From the NCBI RefSeq assembly GCF_004010195.1, contig NC_057718.1:51045941-51109940 (forward strand): a stretch of 64,000 nt of DNA. Direction: 5' to 3'. Positions 27,028-40,086 of the stretch are shown one piece after another (position 1 is the first letter of the stretch; every line of letters begins with the position of its first letter). The DNA comes from Chiloscyllium plagiosum. Its lineage: Eukaryota. The translations under genes and the position numbers were made by a program. The notes beneath the pieces were generated by a model, which worked only from the letters and a program-made list of their open reading frames with translations, had not been told where the DNA came from and made no database searches.

Positions 27028-27244
27028 CAGGTAGTTCTTCTATTATGCAATGGTTGTGTTCTTGAGCAACCTCCATTATAGAAAAATCACCTTTATAAAT
27101 GGCGTTTAACTTGTTGGTGATATAATCGTGTTACAGCCAACACATATTTTAAAAGTTTGTGCTTTAGAAACAGTGTCCCTAATTTGTCAAATGCGTTACA
27201 GAAAATTCACATTAACGAAACACACATAATAGCAGAATTGCCTG
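27028..27244. mobile_element. Tc1/mariner (Tigger-like) MITE
   Basis: TA-caggtagttcttctattatg ... cataatagcagaattgcctg-TA. Confidence 0.75.
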
Positions 27245-27725
27245 TATTTGAAATCCTGGAAAATCAATCAAGTTCACGGCAACATGAACATATACATGTT
27301 TCTTAGTTTTTGTCGAATAGATTGGCAAGCTTGGGAAAAAAAACTTGGGTAAATCCTATTTATCAAAAAAAAACAAATATGGCAAATATGGCAAGCTACC
27401 TTAGATCTGAATGTGAATATGCACCAGGCAATATCTGCCTTGTTCTCTGAAAACTATAAATAAACCAGGTGTACAAAATTATGTTTGCATATGAAATTCC
27501 TTTCCTCAGGAACAATGTTAATAGAAGTCTGTATTGAATTATTTCTCCCTTTAATTGTCAGGTTTTGTCAGGTAATAGTCATTAACAAATGGCGGAATAA
27601 GCAATGCTACAATTAAACAGTAAACCTAATCCATCTGTCCACTTTGAAAGACACTTGGTGTTAGCATTTCAGTGATTAATAACCAAAAATTTGTGAACTT
27701 CCAAGAGTTTTCTTATCAATAATAC

Positions 27726-28100
27726 TCGCAAACAACACGCATGTTAAAAGACAATTCTACTTTACATTCAATCTTTTGAGTATGAAAGTTTACATTCCTG
27801 GAAACATCTGATAGTTCTTTCAGCAGCTCCCTGTCCTAAGATGGTTGGGAAGAAAACGGTAGCAAAAATTGGACCAGGTCAATACAGAAATTGGCAAGAG
27901 TAATTGGCTCAGCAGCAGAGGTGAGAGTATCAGTAAATTCAAAAGATGTTTCTTGCAAAGTACCATGTTATATTATGTATCTTTTGATCAGTGGCATGAA
28001 ATAGGGAACTGGAACAAGGGTGTGGAGATCAGACTGGCTGAAAACAAATTACAGTGCTTCACTGATATCATATTGGGGATTTGTGAGGTCAGTCACAAAC
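27726..28100 (-). pseudogene. CUB-like pseudo-exon
   Basis: gtgttccag acceptor. SLISTPLFQFPISCH*(TGA in the W position) and NFCIDLVQF..VELSFNM. Confidence 0.5.
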
Positions 28101-29405
28101 CTGGAACACTGAATATAGTAACTCAACTGATGTGATTCTATCATGCTTTATTTTTCTTACTTGTTCGCAATGTGTTGTGATACTATCTAAGTTAAATGCA
28201 ATAATCCTATTTATTCTGACAAAGTGAGCATTCAATGTCAAAAATGCAATACTTTCCACTCAACCTACACTATATTCAATACACAGTGATCCTTGAAATA
28301 ATCGCTGTACGTTATGTAGGTGAAACATGCAATTGCATTCAGAGAAACATAGATTAACATAGAGTTAGAATAATAAAGTACAGAAAACACACTTAAGCTT
28401 TTATTTCAAATATATTGAAACAGGACTTTGTCGAAATGTATTTGCCAAGTTAGATGACCATATTTTGCATGAACTTTCTGCGCTGCAACTAACTGATAAG
28501 TTTTATAATTAGTATGCTTTGAAGTTCTTCATGTTGACGTACTTATTTCTTAGAAACTTAACAACATAATCATGTTTCTTACCAATGTTAACATGCATTC
28601 TATCTACCCTTAGCTCCCTCCCATTTCTCATATGTATGCCACTCCTTACTAAGAGCATCTGAAAGCACAGCTTTAGTTTTTACATATAAGGTGAAATTCA
28701 GTTCAACATTACCACCCAAGTCCTTCAGCTCCTTCACTGTTCCAAACTCATTAGACCTCAAATCCAAAATCCAGCGCTGGATAAATAAAATCTTCCTCCG
28801 TCAGACTTTGAGAAGACGATAGCCTTTGTTTCTGACTGACACTACAAACTCCCTTGCACTGCTCCTGGCAACAGGTAGGGTCCAAATCAGTCTGTCTGTA
28901 ATGCTGTTGTCACATGTAACTCCAGGAAGTGCTTCTGATCACATATCTACTTCATCACTAAGACCACCTATATCCCCCTCTGCAACATTGCCCAAATTTG
29001 CCCTCCCATTCCCTGATTCAGCTCATTTCTCATAAAACCCTTGTTCATATCTTAATTAACTCTAAATTAGCCTACACTGATGCAGCCACAACCAGTAACC
29101 ATTGATATCCTTCATGCAATTAAAGTTACCCAACCTCTGTGTCTTAACACACGCCTCGATCATTTATCAGTCACACTTATGCTCACTGACCTAAATTGGC
29201 TCAGGTCAAGCAACATCTTGATTTTAACATCCTCATCCTTGTTTTTGAATCCCTCCATGGCTGAACCCCTTCCCTATTTGTGTAATCTCCTCGAGCATTA
29301 CAACTCTGAGTTATATTCATTAATCTAATTCTGATCTCTTGAGCATCTCAAGTTTTCAGTTCTCCATCATCAAAAGATCCACTTACATTTGCTTGGAACT
29401 TGCTT

Positions 29406-30056
29406 GGGGAGGTGATGGCCTAGTGGAACTGCTGCTGGACTATAAACGCAGAGACCTAGATAATGTTCTGGGGACCCAGGTTCGAATCCTGCTATAACAG
29501 ATGGTGGAATTTGAATTCAATAACTATCTGGAATTAACAGTCTTTTGATGACCATGAAATCATGTTCAATTGTTGGAAAAACCCATCTGGTTCACTAATG
29601 TCCTTTAGAGAAAGAAACTGCCATCCTTACCTGGTCTGGTCACATGTGACTCTAGACCCACATCAATGTGGTTGACTCTTGACTGCCCTCTGGTCAATTA
29701 GGGATGGGCAATAAATACTGCCGAGGTAAAAACAATGACTGCAGATGCTGGAAACCAGATTCTGGATTAGTGGTGCTGGAAAAGCCCAGCAGTTCAGGCA
29801 GCATCCGAGGAGCAGTAAAATCGATGTTTCGGGCAAAAGCCCTTCATCAGGAATACAGGCAGAGTTTCTGAAGGTTGGAGAGAACTACCTTCAGGCACTC
29901 TGCCTGTATTCCTGATGAAGGGCTTTTGCCCGAAACATTGATTTTACTACTCCTCGGATGCTGCCTGAACTGCTGGGCTTTTCCAGCACCACTAATCCAG
30001 AAATAAATACTGCCTGGCCAGTGACACACTCATCCCATGAACGAATAAAAAAAAAA
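29406..30056 (+). mobile_element. tRNA-derived SINE (SacSINE1/Deu-like) with a CR1/L2-type tail
   Basis: tggcctagtgg A box and ggttcgaatcc B box. Tail gggcaataaatactgcc..aaaaa is shared with the LINE at 20830-20886. Confidence 0.75.
29723..30001. mobile_element. Young palindromic Penelope mini-element, 13-bp TSD aataaatactgcc
   Basis: About 115-bp near-perfect inverted arms (29760-29875 / 29887-30002). TSD at 29710-29722 and 30002-30014. Confidence 0.92.
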
Positions 30057-30269
30057 CTAAGTTCTGAAATTCTCTCCTTAACATCTTCATCTGTCTACAT
30101 TGCTTTCTTTAAAATTCTCCTTAACACCCACCTCTTTGAACAAGCATTATCTCATATTGTCCTGTGCCATTTTCTTTTATGGTGCACCAGTGAAGAATCT
30201 TCAAACATTGTGTCACATTAAAGATGATGTATAAGTATAAGTTGTTGTTATATTTATTGCACTTTGCTT

Positions 30270-30740
30270 ATCTGTAGAGCAGTTTCAACTTTTTACTAAT
30301 AACTTGGCAAAGGACACAGTGAATAACACAGGACCTTAGAGTCTCATTTGACACAATTATGTAGGTATGAAAGGGTTCAAACCTGACACAATGACACCCC
30401 AGAGTTGCACTTTTAAATGACTTGTCAAAACCAGAGAGCAGGCATTGGGTAAAATTACATTCATTCATCGTGAGGTGCTGGAGCAGTAACTTTTAAGTGG
30501 TAGGCCTTTAAATAGAGAAATGTTCATTCTGACTTTAAATGCATATGTCATGCCATTTCAATAGCAAATCTCACAGAGGGAGCCTTCATGCAATGTGTTA
30601 TTTTTCATCCAATTCAGTCAACAAAAACAGAAAGCTGCTTTGACCTGACTTCCTTACTGTGTCTGAAAAATCGTGTCTGAAAATGAGGCTGCTTTGTCAT
30701 TATCTACGTCCATGAAAAGGTCAGATGCTTTTCGTGCTCA
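30270..30740 (-). pseudogene. Two possible CUB-like pseudo-exons (about 30574-30740 and 30270-30477)
   Basis: SDLFMDVD..DTIFQTQ*GSQVKAAF and HLTMNECNFT..KC/LWGVIVSG. Confidence 0.35.
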
Positions 30741-31359
30741 CTTATAGAATTGTGCCAGTCACAGCGCAGTTCAGAAATAACTACAAAGTATTATAGATGC
30801 TGGAAATATGAAATAAAAACAGCAAGTAGGACCATGTTTTCTTCCGTTTTCACTGCTAACACTTACACCTATTTTATATCTCCTTTGTTATCATTAAGAC
30901 TGACTTTGTTCTTTTCTCCAGGCATCCTCACAATCCTTTCCACTTACTCTTCTGCACTACACCCTGACCTTGTCAACAGCATTAAAAACCCAGCTCATTT
31001 CTATTCTGAAAAAAGATGCACACTGGATTTGAAATGTTCTCTCTCCAAACGTGCTGCCAGACTTGTCAAGCTTCTTCTTTTTCTTCTTCAGTTCAGAAAT
31101 AATTTATTTTTATGAGGCATGAGTGACTGTCATTAGAGGCATTTGGCAATACTTATTTCCAAAAAGGTAGAAGGATTTTGACTCATTGTTGCACTGATGT
31201 AAAGCACAATGGACATGATGAGAAGTTAGAGGGGAACTTTAACGACATTACGAGAAACAGCATACCTTTTTTACCATTCATAAATGGGATGTGGGCATCA
31301 CAGAACTTACTGCCCAGCCCTAATCATCCTGGAGAAGGTGGTGGTGAGCTGTCTTCATG

Positions 31360-31537
31360 AACTGCTGCAGTGCAATAATCAAGCAAAGGACTCCCAGAAA
31401 ATGATAATTTGGTCTTTATCTTGAGTTACCTTCTTGACATCAATTGGAGCCTGGGTAGAACATTAACTTAATTACCATATTGAAAGGGGTACATCATCTG
31501 AAATGGACTAAAACTTCAGAGAACAATGCTCAAAGCA
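31360..31537 (-). pseudogene. Possible CUB-like pseudo-exon
   Basis: EHCSLKF..DQIIIFWESFA*LLHC. Confidence 0.3.
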
Positions 31538-32868
31538 CTTTACATAGACATAATCTTTCAAGCAAGTTTTAAATTATGAATTACTGTGGATTCGGTGTCC
31601 TTGAATGGACATTTCAAGACAAAAAATGCGTGATATTCACTATATCTGCTTTTGTGGAATTATCCAAAACTGAAAGTCTATGAATTTTCTGTCACTGAAA
31701 ATGAAAACACTCCTTCTAAACATCGGCCATGTTGTGGATATCCATGTAAGGAAAATAAGGACAATCAGGAAAGTTATCCATCTTTAACATAACATTGATA
31801 AACATGTAATGAGGAGGGATTGATCCAATAGGTAGTTTTGAATGAAGAGTTTAAATGAGGAGGTGAACGCAGAAAAGTTTAATGGACTGGGAGAAATTCC
31901 CACAGCACAGTGCCATATGGGCAAAAGTCACAACTGTTAATGAATGGATGGTGAAGGAGCAGGGGATGGTTACTCTGAGGTGAGAGTAAGATGAACACGG
32001 ATCTGAAAGTTGTTGGAATGCAAGTGGTCAAAGCGTTCAGAAAGATCAATGTGACAGAGGGTTTTAAATATGAATTTTTCTGGCATTGGGGGCACTAAGA
32101 GTTGGTCGGTAAGATTGAAAATGATGGCCAATCAAATTTGGGTCCATAAGTCTGGCAGAAAAAAAAGACATGGGTAGATTTTTAAGCAAAAGATAGGCTG
32201 AAGAAAAAATAGAAAATGAGGCAAAAAATGAAAAGGGGGGGCAAATTTTGGCCACTGTTGGACCTCGAGGGTGGTTTGGTTGAACAAGATGTGAGAAGAT
32301 TGCTAAGTTTTGTTTGTCAGTCTGAGCAATGGATAAGAAGGCTAATGAGAGAGTAGGAATGGTTGGTGAATCCTGCTGGACCTTCCCAATAGTTACAAAT
32401 CATGAATGTAAGGTTACTGAAGATGGATTTATGCCTGGAATGATTATAGTGTTCAGTTGGTTAGTGTTGATTCCCTGCTGTGTGTGTGAATTGTTAAGCC
32501 TAGTATATGGTTCCTGAGAAAAAAAGATTAAAACTATAATAAGCCACTGTAAGGAATATGTAAACAATTGAATAAAATTCCAATCACAGGCAAGTAACTT
32601 GAAGTGCACCATTTCTGCATGCTCCAAGGTGAAAAAAACACAGCAAAGAGTAGTTGGAGGTCATGGAAACAAAGGAGATGAGGAAAATGGCTGAACAACA
32701 GGTAAGATCTACAACAGGAGAGAAGGACCCAAGAAACGATGAGCTACTAATGCAGCTTGTGTTTTAAATGACAGATAAAATGTGCGTGTAAATGGACTTA
32801 GAGAGAATGCAAGTAGAATAAAGTTAACTGAGAGGCAAGGTGAATGTCAGGTTTAAGCCCAGAAAACC

Positions 32869-33041
32869 CTTTCATCAGGTGCAGACAGGCTGTAAATCCA
32901 GGGGCTCTTCAAGACGTAAAGTATCACTCAACATGTTGGTAAAGGTTGCCTTGTCGAAACATTCCTGAATTCAATATAAACTCAATCAGATAGTCAAATG
33001 ATGGATTGGAAAATCGTGTCATCTACTCCAAAATCATTAAC
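32869..33041 (-). pseudogene. CUB C-terminal half pseudo-exon
   Basis: DTIFQS..VYIEFRN, then PGFTAC in a shifted frame. Confidence 0.5.
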
Positions 33042-33855
33042 CTTTTGAAGTAAAAATAGGATTCATGTTGTATTTAATGAGAACATAAAAAGCACAACCC
33101 TTACAGCATGTCAGAAAGATGAATACCTTTTTATAGAGGAGCAATACATTTGTGGTAATTTTCTCTTTCAGATATATGAGTCACAGTATCCAAATGTTGC
33201 AATTTTATTTTTATATCTGTTCATGAGATGTAGCCATTACTGGAAGGTCAGCATTTACTAACCATGTTAATTGTCCTCAAGAAAGTGATGGTGAGTTGAC
33301 TTTTTTTATTATTCGTTCACAAGGTAAGGGTGTTGCTGGCTAAGCCAGCATTTATTGTCCAGAAGGTGGTTAAGACTCAATCACATTACTGAATACTTGC
33401 ATCTTACATAGGTCAGACTGGGTGCTTAAGAGCTTTGGAATTAGTAGCAGGAGTAGGCTATTTAGTCACTCGAGGCAACACTGCCATTGTAACAAGATAT
33501 CAGCTAATCTACACAATCCCATTTTTCCAAACTACCCCATAATCTGTGATATCAATGATTTCTACAAAACTCTGGGCCAAATCTTTTCCAGAAATTGGCT
33601 CAGCGTCATTTTTGGCCTGTTCCATGGAGGGGTTTTCTCCATGAAGCTTAGCAAGTTTTCTCACACTATCCTCATAAACATTATCCAAACACCATACTCA
33701 TGTGGCCTCCTGCTTGGTAAATTTTCCAATTGCTTGGGCAGAAGTACTCAACATGATGCTGGTACCATGTTCAAAGCTCAGCCACACAACCGATCAAACA
33801 TTGACAGCTCAGAGTTATCCTTCACCATGCACATGGTGGGAAAGCATTTCATAGT

Positions 33856-34179
33856 GGGCAGCACGGTGGCACAGTGGTTAGCACTGCTGCCTCACAGCGC
33901 CGGAGACCCGGGTTCAATTCCCGCCTCAGGCGACTGACTGTGTGGCGTTTGCACATTCTCCCAGTGTCTGTGTGGGTTTCCTTCGGGTGCTCCGGTTTCC
34001 TCCCACAGTCCAAAGATGTGCAGGTCAGGTGAATTGGCCATGCTAAATTGCCCGTAGTGTTAGGTAAGGGGTAAATGTAGGGGTATGGATGGGTTGCGCT
34101 TCGGCGGGTCGGTGTGGACTTGTTGGGCCGAAGGGCCTGTTTCCACACTGTAATGTAATGTAATCTAATCTAATCTAAT
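33856..34179 (+). mobile_element. HE1/V-type SINE, young copy
   Basis: Near-identical to 10240-10565. Confidence 0.95.
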
Positions 34180-34283
34180 TCAAATGACCTATAGAACTAA
34201 TTGTTACCCATTCCCTGATAACCTCCACTGATGAGTGACCAGACCCCTGACTGATCTGTGTGCAGCTCCCAACTGACTTAAAA

Positions 34284-34634
34284 CGGGCAGCATGGTCACT
34301 AAGTGCCTCGCACTGTGACCTCACAATGCCAAAGTCCTGGGTTCGATTCCAGCCTTGGGTAATTGTCTGTGTGCAGCTTGCATGTTCCCCATGTGTCTGT
34401 GTTGATTCCTCCAGGTGCTCCGGTCTCCACCCACAGTTCAAAGATGTTCAGGTTAGGTGGATTGGCCATGCTAAGTTGCCCATAGTGTCCAGAGATGTGT
34501 AGGTTAGGTGGACTAGCTATTGGATATGAAGAGATGGTGGTGGGTCTGGGTGGGATCCTCTTGGAGGGTTAGTGCTGACTCGATGGGCTGAATTGCCTTT
34601 ATCTGCATTGTATGGATGATATGATATTATGATT
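34284..34634 (+). mobile_element. Older HE1/V-type SINE
   Basis: Diverged family copy. Confidence 0.85.
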
Positions 34635-35039
34635 TCATTGTCTTATTGCACTGGATTTGTAGGACTGAACATTGGCCTACTCCTTGGCTGCCCCAAGTGG
34701 ATGGCTGGCCGTGTACAATGTCCAGATTTGCAATCTGACGATCTCATGACTTACTGTACTGAAATCCCTGAATAATGGCAGCCTCACTGTCTTGACTAAG
34801 AACTACTCCCCTTAGACTTTGAGACATTGGTTAATGCACATGCAGTCTGTTTGCTGCAGACATTGCTGACAACAGTGCAGAGGTAAGATTGACATTCCAC
34901 GGTGCCATACAGCAACATGAGCACCACCTTGAATGATTCCTGTTGACAGCCATAACAAGCTGCCTGGAAATCGGAAGAAGCAGTCAACAAGATAGAGTCA
35001 CCTTGTGACTCCTCTGACTTTCATATTGGGAATTGTCAC

Positions 35040-35500
35040 ACAGGTATACAGCACAGAAACCACCCTTCATTCCATCAAGTCTGTGCTAACCTATCTGCAG
35101 TAATCCCATTTTCCAACACTTGTCCCTTAGCCTTGAACACTGCAAGTGCTCATCCATGCACTTATTAAAGTTGTGATGCTTTCGACTTCCACTGTCCTCT
35201 CAGGCAGCGCATTCCAGATTCCCACCAGAATCTGGGAGAAATAAATTCTCTTCTTGCCATTCCCCTCCTTCAGCTAAGGGGAACAGCTGCTTCCTATCCA
35301 CCTGTCCATGCTCTGCATAATCTTATCCACATCAAAGAGGTTCCTCCTTAGCCTTCTCTGCTTTAAAGAAAACAATCTGAGCGTATCCAGTCTCTCTTCA
35401 GAGCTAAACTGCTTCATGTGAGGCAACATCCTGCTGAATTTCATCTGCACCACCACCAGTGCAATCACATCCTTCCCATAGAGCAGTGATCAGAACTGTC
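35040..35500 (-). mobile_element. CR1 LINE 3' fragment
   Basis: SEERLDTLRLFSLKQRRLRRNLFDVDKIM. Confidence 0.85.
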
Positions 35501-35991
35501 ACTATCTAGCTTCTATCCAGTGTGTGGGAGAATGGGAAACTGCGTGTAATTGAGGTGAGATAAACAAATAATGAGTCGCTAATACGTGCTAATTCAAGCA
35601 AATAGACCTCTTACCTCTCACTAGCCAGAATCTCACGTTACTGTCCAATACTCAGTACTCAATACTTTTTTGCTCTTGATATGAATAAGCTTTTTACTGG
35701 ACCTTTCTCATGATCTTCCCAACTTTCTTACCATGGCCCACATCATTGAGGGGCTGGGAAGATTCCACGCTCACTCTTGCACATATTCAGTGACTGTGCT
35801 TCCATCATGCTCTGAGGTGGAAAATTCCAGAGATTCATTACTCTGAGAGTGAAGAAGTCACAATGATTCCAAAATTTCCAACAATTCCAAATGTTCACCA
35901 CGTGGTGAGTGGAATTCATGCTCTCCATCCAGGGAAAACACTCTTCATCTACCCCATAAGAATTCTGTATGTTTCAATGAGATCACCTCTA

Positions 35992-36278
35992 ATTAGATTA
36001 GATTACTTACAGTGTGGAAACAGGCCCTTCAGCCCAACAAGTCCACACCGCCCCACTGAAGCGCAACCCACCCATACCCCTACATTTACCCCTTATCTAA
36101 TTCACCTGACCTGCACATCTTTGGACTGTGGAAGGAAACCGAAGCACCCGGAGGAAACCCACGCAGACACGGGGAGAACGTGCAAACTCCACACAGTCAG
36201 TCGCCTGAGGCGGGAATTGAACCCGGGTCTCTGGCGCTGTGAGGCAACAGTGCTAACCACTGTGCCACCATGCCGCCC
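35992..36278 (-). mobile_element. HE1/V-type SINE inserted in a CR1 fragment (about 35785-36530)
   Basis: Family match with an internal deletion. Flanks are CR1-like. Confidence 0.9.
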
Positions 36279-36534
36279 ACGGTGATTCTTCTAATCTCTA
36301 AAGAGTACAAGTCTAATTTTCCCAATCTCTCCTCAAAGGACAATCCCACCATCTCAGGAATCAATCTTCTTGGTGATCCTCAGATATAAAGTATATCTGT
36401 GTTTAATGAAGGAGACCAAACTATGATCCCATACAATCTCAACAAGGCTCCACACAATTGTGGCAACTCATTTTTATTTCTGTCCTCAAAATCTCTTGCA
36501 ATAAAGGCCACCAGTTGCCTTCATAACTGATGTG

Positions 36535-36720
36535 GAAGTACCAGTGTTGGACTGAGGGAGACAAAGTCAAAAATCACTCAACACCAGTTTATAGTTCAAC
36601 AGGTTTATGTGAAATCACAAGCTTTTGGAGAGTTGCTCCTCCATCAGACATCACTTTGAAAGCTTGTGATTTCAAGTAAATCTGCTAGACTATAACCTGG
36701 TGTTACATGATTTTTGACTT
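36535..36720. mobile_element. Palindromic Penelope terminal-repeat mini-element (old)
   Basis: aaagtcaaaaatca..gaaatcacaagctt is inverted against aagcttgtgatttc..tgatttttgacttt. Confidence 0.65.
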
Positions 36721-36892
36721 CCTAACTGATGGTTACAACTGCATGTTAGCTTCTAGTGATCTATGAACAAACATGTTGGTAAACGATAGCACTGTATGCC
36801 TATATTTCATCAGTCTTAAATTTATTTACAGCATTAACCACGTTAACACCTTCAAAATCAACCAAACCACTATTTTACTAAATATCTCAGGG

Positions 36893-37180
36893 ATTAGCAC
36901 TGCTGCCTCACAGCGCCAGGGACCCGGTTTCGATTCCCACCTTGGGTGATTGTGTGGAGTTTGCACATTCTCCCTGTGTCTGCGTGGGTTTCCTCCGGGT
37001 GCTCCAGTTTCTCCCACATTCCAAAAGATGTGCAGGTCAGGTGAATTGGCCATGCTAAATTGCCCATAGTGTTAGCTGCGTTAGTCAGGGGGAAATGATT
37101 CTGAGTGGGTTACTCTTTGGAGGGTCGGTGTGGACTTGTTGGGCCGAAGGGCCTGTTTCTACACTGTAGGAATCTAATCT
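36893..37180 (+). mobile_element. HE1/V-type SINE, 5'-truncated
   Basis: Family match. Confidence 0.9.
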
Positions 37181-37309
37181 CTTCACACAGTAGAAAGCCA
37201 ACTCAATAATGGTTAGCCAATTACCACTTACACATCACATTTGAAAAGGGCATTTTCACTTTACTGAAACAAAATCAAACTTTAAAAGGAAACTTATAAA
37301 ATTACATAC

Positions 37310-37846
37310 TTCTACTTCAACAGATTTAAACCACAGCATGAAACTTGAACAAGCCCAAGATAAAGTAGGAAATATCATATTTTCTCAATGGATAATACCT
37401 TTTCTGATTTGGTGCAGGAAATAGTTTTCTATCTGAATCATAAGCATGAATGTATATGCTTTCAAAATTCAGACTTTTGGTTCTGAGTCACTTTTAACAA
37501 AGTTAAGTTGGAAATCACAATACAAGAAAACTATAAGTCATTGAATGTAAAGAAATTAACAGTTACATTAGGATGCAAACTGAGAGCATCACCCAGAGGG
37601 GAAACAAATATTACTCTAATCAACCAGCCATACTTGGAAATGAATGTATTGTTCACACTGGAGCTCTATTTTGAAGTATACTAGATGAGGCAGACCATTC
37701 TGTCATTCATAAGTTTTCCCAACATCAAACAAAACCTATTTTTGTAGAAGGACAAGGTCACCTATAGTTCAGGAACGCTGAAGAGTCATTTTACAACTTA
37801 AATATTGAAGTGATACATGTTAAAAGTCAACTACTGAACTCCAGAA
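37310..37846 (-). pseudogene. Two possible CUB pseudo-exons (37682-37846 and 37310-37432)
   Basis: ctcttcttacacag and tatgattcag acceptors. TISCTKSEKVLSIEK..FKFHAV. Confidence 0.4.
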
Positions 37847-38244
37847 CTGTGTAAGAAGAGACATGGTTAATATTTAATTTCTCTTCAACTGTTAACCCTT
37901 TGTGAACAAGACATTATTTTATTGTTTTTAAAATCCTCTACTACGCTGTCATGCAGAAAAGATTTTCTCAGACTTGTCCAAGCTTGAAAATGGATCATAA
38001 ATGTAAATTACAATATTTACAAATTCAGTATAATGGTTATACTGTTATTTGAGTGCTCATCAGCAGCTTTCAAAGGTAATGAATGTGCCAAATTTATGGG
38101 CTCCTCCATAGCGTCTGGGTAAGGTCAAATAACACTCAGGTTCTCTTAAAACACAACAACCTACAACAATTGAACTGGGGTGAGCATGCCTCTTTTGATA
38201 TCACACAATTATTTCAATTTTAGATTCATTCCTGTTGAGCCTAC

Positions 38245-38578
38245 CACTAACATTCAGAGGTAAATTTGAAATTGAAAAAATAATTTACAAAACTCAATGA
38301 ACTATTCATATGAGCTGGCAGACATATTCCATGAAGCTTTTTTCTTCTTTTAATGTAGTACTGTGGAACAAAAACATATTTTTTGAAGAAGCAAACTAAC
38401 TCTAATCTAGTCTGGTATAAAATATACATAGTAAGTTTTACATATGATTTATTTCCTTCTGAGATATTTCTATTTTCTAATCCTCCTTAATTGACGTTTA
38501 ATTTCTTTGGTGTGGTAATGTCCCATAGACACCCTCTAGTTCTTTGTGAAAATATTCCTTCCCCTTCTGTGAGTTTAT
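38245..38578 (-). pseudogene. CUB pseudo-exon
   Basis: KLTEGEGIFSQRTRGCLWDITTPKKLNVN*..ICKTYYVYFIPD*..KICFCST. Confidence 0.65.
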
Positions 38579-38870
38579 CTAACACATTCAGGTTAGTTTA
38601 CTATGGAGATAATCATATCAATATATCATTATGTTGATAGACAGCAATTAAAATCACTGGCCACTGTTTGCCAACAAGTCATTTCAACGTGAGTTGAATT
38701 GTATTCAGTGGACCTTAATGTCATCAGGCAGGAACTGCATCCAGAATTCATACCCACAGTGGCAGCAAACCCAATCATCTGCCCCAGGTCCCCGTAAAAC
38801 CCTGCCCACAGAATTAAAATGGTGAGATAGGTAGATCACTGCACATCAGTAACTGTTAAAGAGCTAATAC

Positions 38871-39028
38871 CTGACCTTAAAGATGTGATGTTTCTTTGTA
38901 CGCAACATTAGATTCCAAGAAAAATACTTGTGAGCGAATCAGCATAAGGTCCAAAGATGTGGGATGGTTCGACGTGAAGGTCACGAGAAGCACATCAATT
39001 TTGCTGAAAGCTTCCCTTGAGATGCACA
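38871..39028 (-). pseudogene. CUB C-terminal half pseudo-exon
   Basis: ctatttcag acceptor and cag|gtatta donor. CISREAFSKIDVLLVTFTSN. Confidence 0.6.
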
Positions 39029-39224
39029 CTGAAATAGCATGTACCTCTGAAACATTGCTCTGTATATATTATCAAGTTTATGTTAAATTCTGCAGAAAAG
39101 GGGGCTGTAATGAACCTTGCATTATGTGTGCATCCAAGTTCAATGCAGCAACCAGACCTTGGAACTTAATGGTATAAAGTATTATAAACATTGTGCACTG
39201 TGTGGGCCCAATAATGATAGATAC

Positions 39225-39582
39225 CTACACCAATTATGTTGCGACCACATGTATAGGGCAGTCGAACATTCTTGGATATAAGATGTTTTCAGATATTGGA
39301 TGTTACTAATGGTTTCCACCAACTGGTAAAACATCTCAAAATTGCAGAAGGGAAACCATTTTTAGGATGTACTCAGAATCTTGAATTTTTCCCTTGCTAT
39401 TTTACCTTTCATCTTTCCTTATCCCATTTACGCATACTGCATTACATTCACATTCATTGCCTGAATCAATTTGTCAGTGTTCATGTGAAAACAGTCACCA
39501 AGAGTTCAACTGATGCAGGGATCACAACTGATCCATCCCTGTCTTTCACTGCCCTCCATAAATGCTAATCCGCTGCTGCATA
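39225..39582 (-). pseudogene. CUB N-terminal pseudo-exon(s)
   Basis: CSSGLAFMEGSERQGWIS and LST/PKNGFPSAILRCFTSW..NVRLPYTCGRNIIGV, with an ag|gtatct donor. Confidence 0.5.
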
Positions 39583-39944
39583 CTGATCAGAAATAGGAAC
39601 TGTCGTTGATTTATTTCTCTTCCAACTAAAGCACAGCAAGATCAATTATAATACACATATTGCTATTTCAGCTTTGCTAATTCAGTCAGATTAATGATTA
39701 AATTAGGATGTTTCTGGAAAAGAGTTTCAATTCCATAGTGGCCATGCATTTCTTAGTTTTGTCACTGACAGTTACCTAACAGAAAATGCAACCTATGTAT
39801 TATACTGCAGCAAAATCTGTTTTTGCAGCAGCCTGTTAAAAATTGATGGTAACCAGTGTTATTATTTGTGGGTACAGTTGTATAAGTTGTCTTCCTAAAT
39901 GTTCTGTTACCTATCTGCATGTGTGTTCCGGGGAGTCACAAGTA

Positions 39945-40086
39945 CAGAACAACCTTGATTATCTGAATTTCGGATTATCCAGCATGATCGCAAGGTGCCA
40001 ATTTTGGCTAATCTATGTTATCCTGCAATTGATTAACCGATCGAAATTCTCCGGCCCGTGTCCTTCAGATAATTGAGATTCCTCTG
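39945..40086. mobile_element. Tc1/mariner MITE
   Basis: TA-cagaacaaccttgattatctgaa ... ttcagataattgagattcctctg-TA. Confidence 0.65.

Larger units (their letters stand above)
28680..30250 (+). mobile_element. L2-like LINE 3' fragment containing a nested SINE and a Penelope mini-element
   Basis: LTDLNWL..FNILILVFESLHG (LhWL..KIL.L motif). Resumes at about 30060 and ends ttgttgtt. Confidence 0.7.

Noticed and set aside
38896..39177. Plus-strand 93-aa ORF (also the plus ORFs at 46859, 27869 and 13211)
   Set aside because: Splice signals and domain motifs are on the minus strand, so these are antisense shadows.
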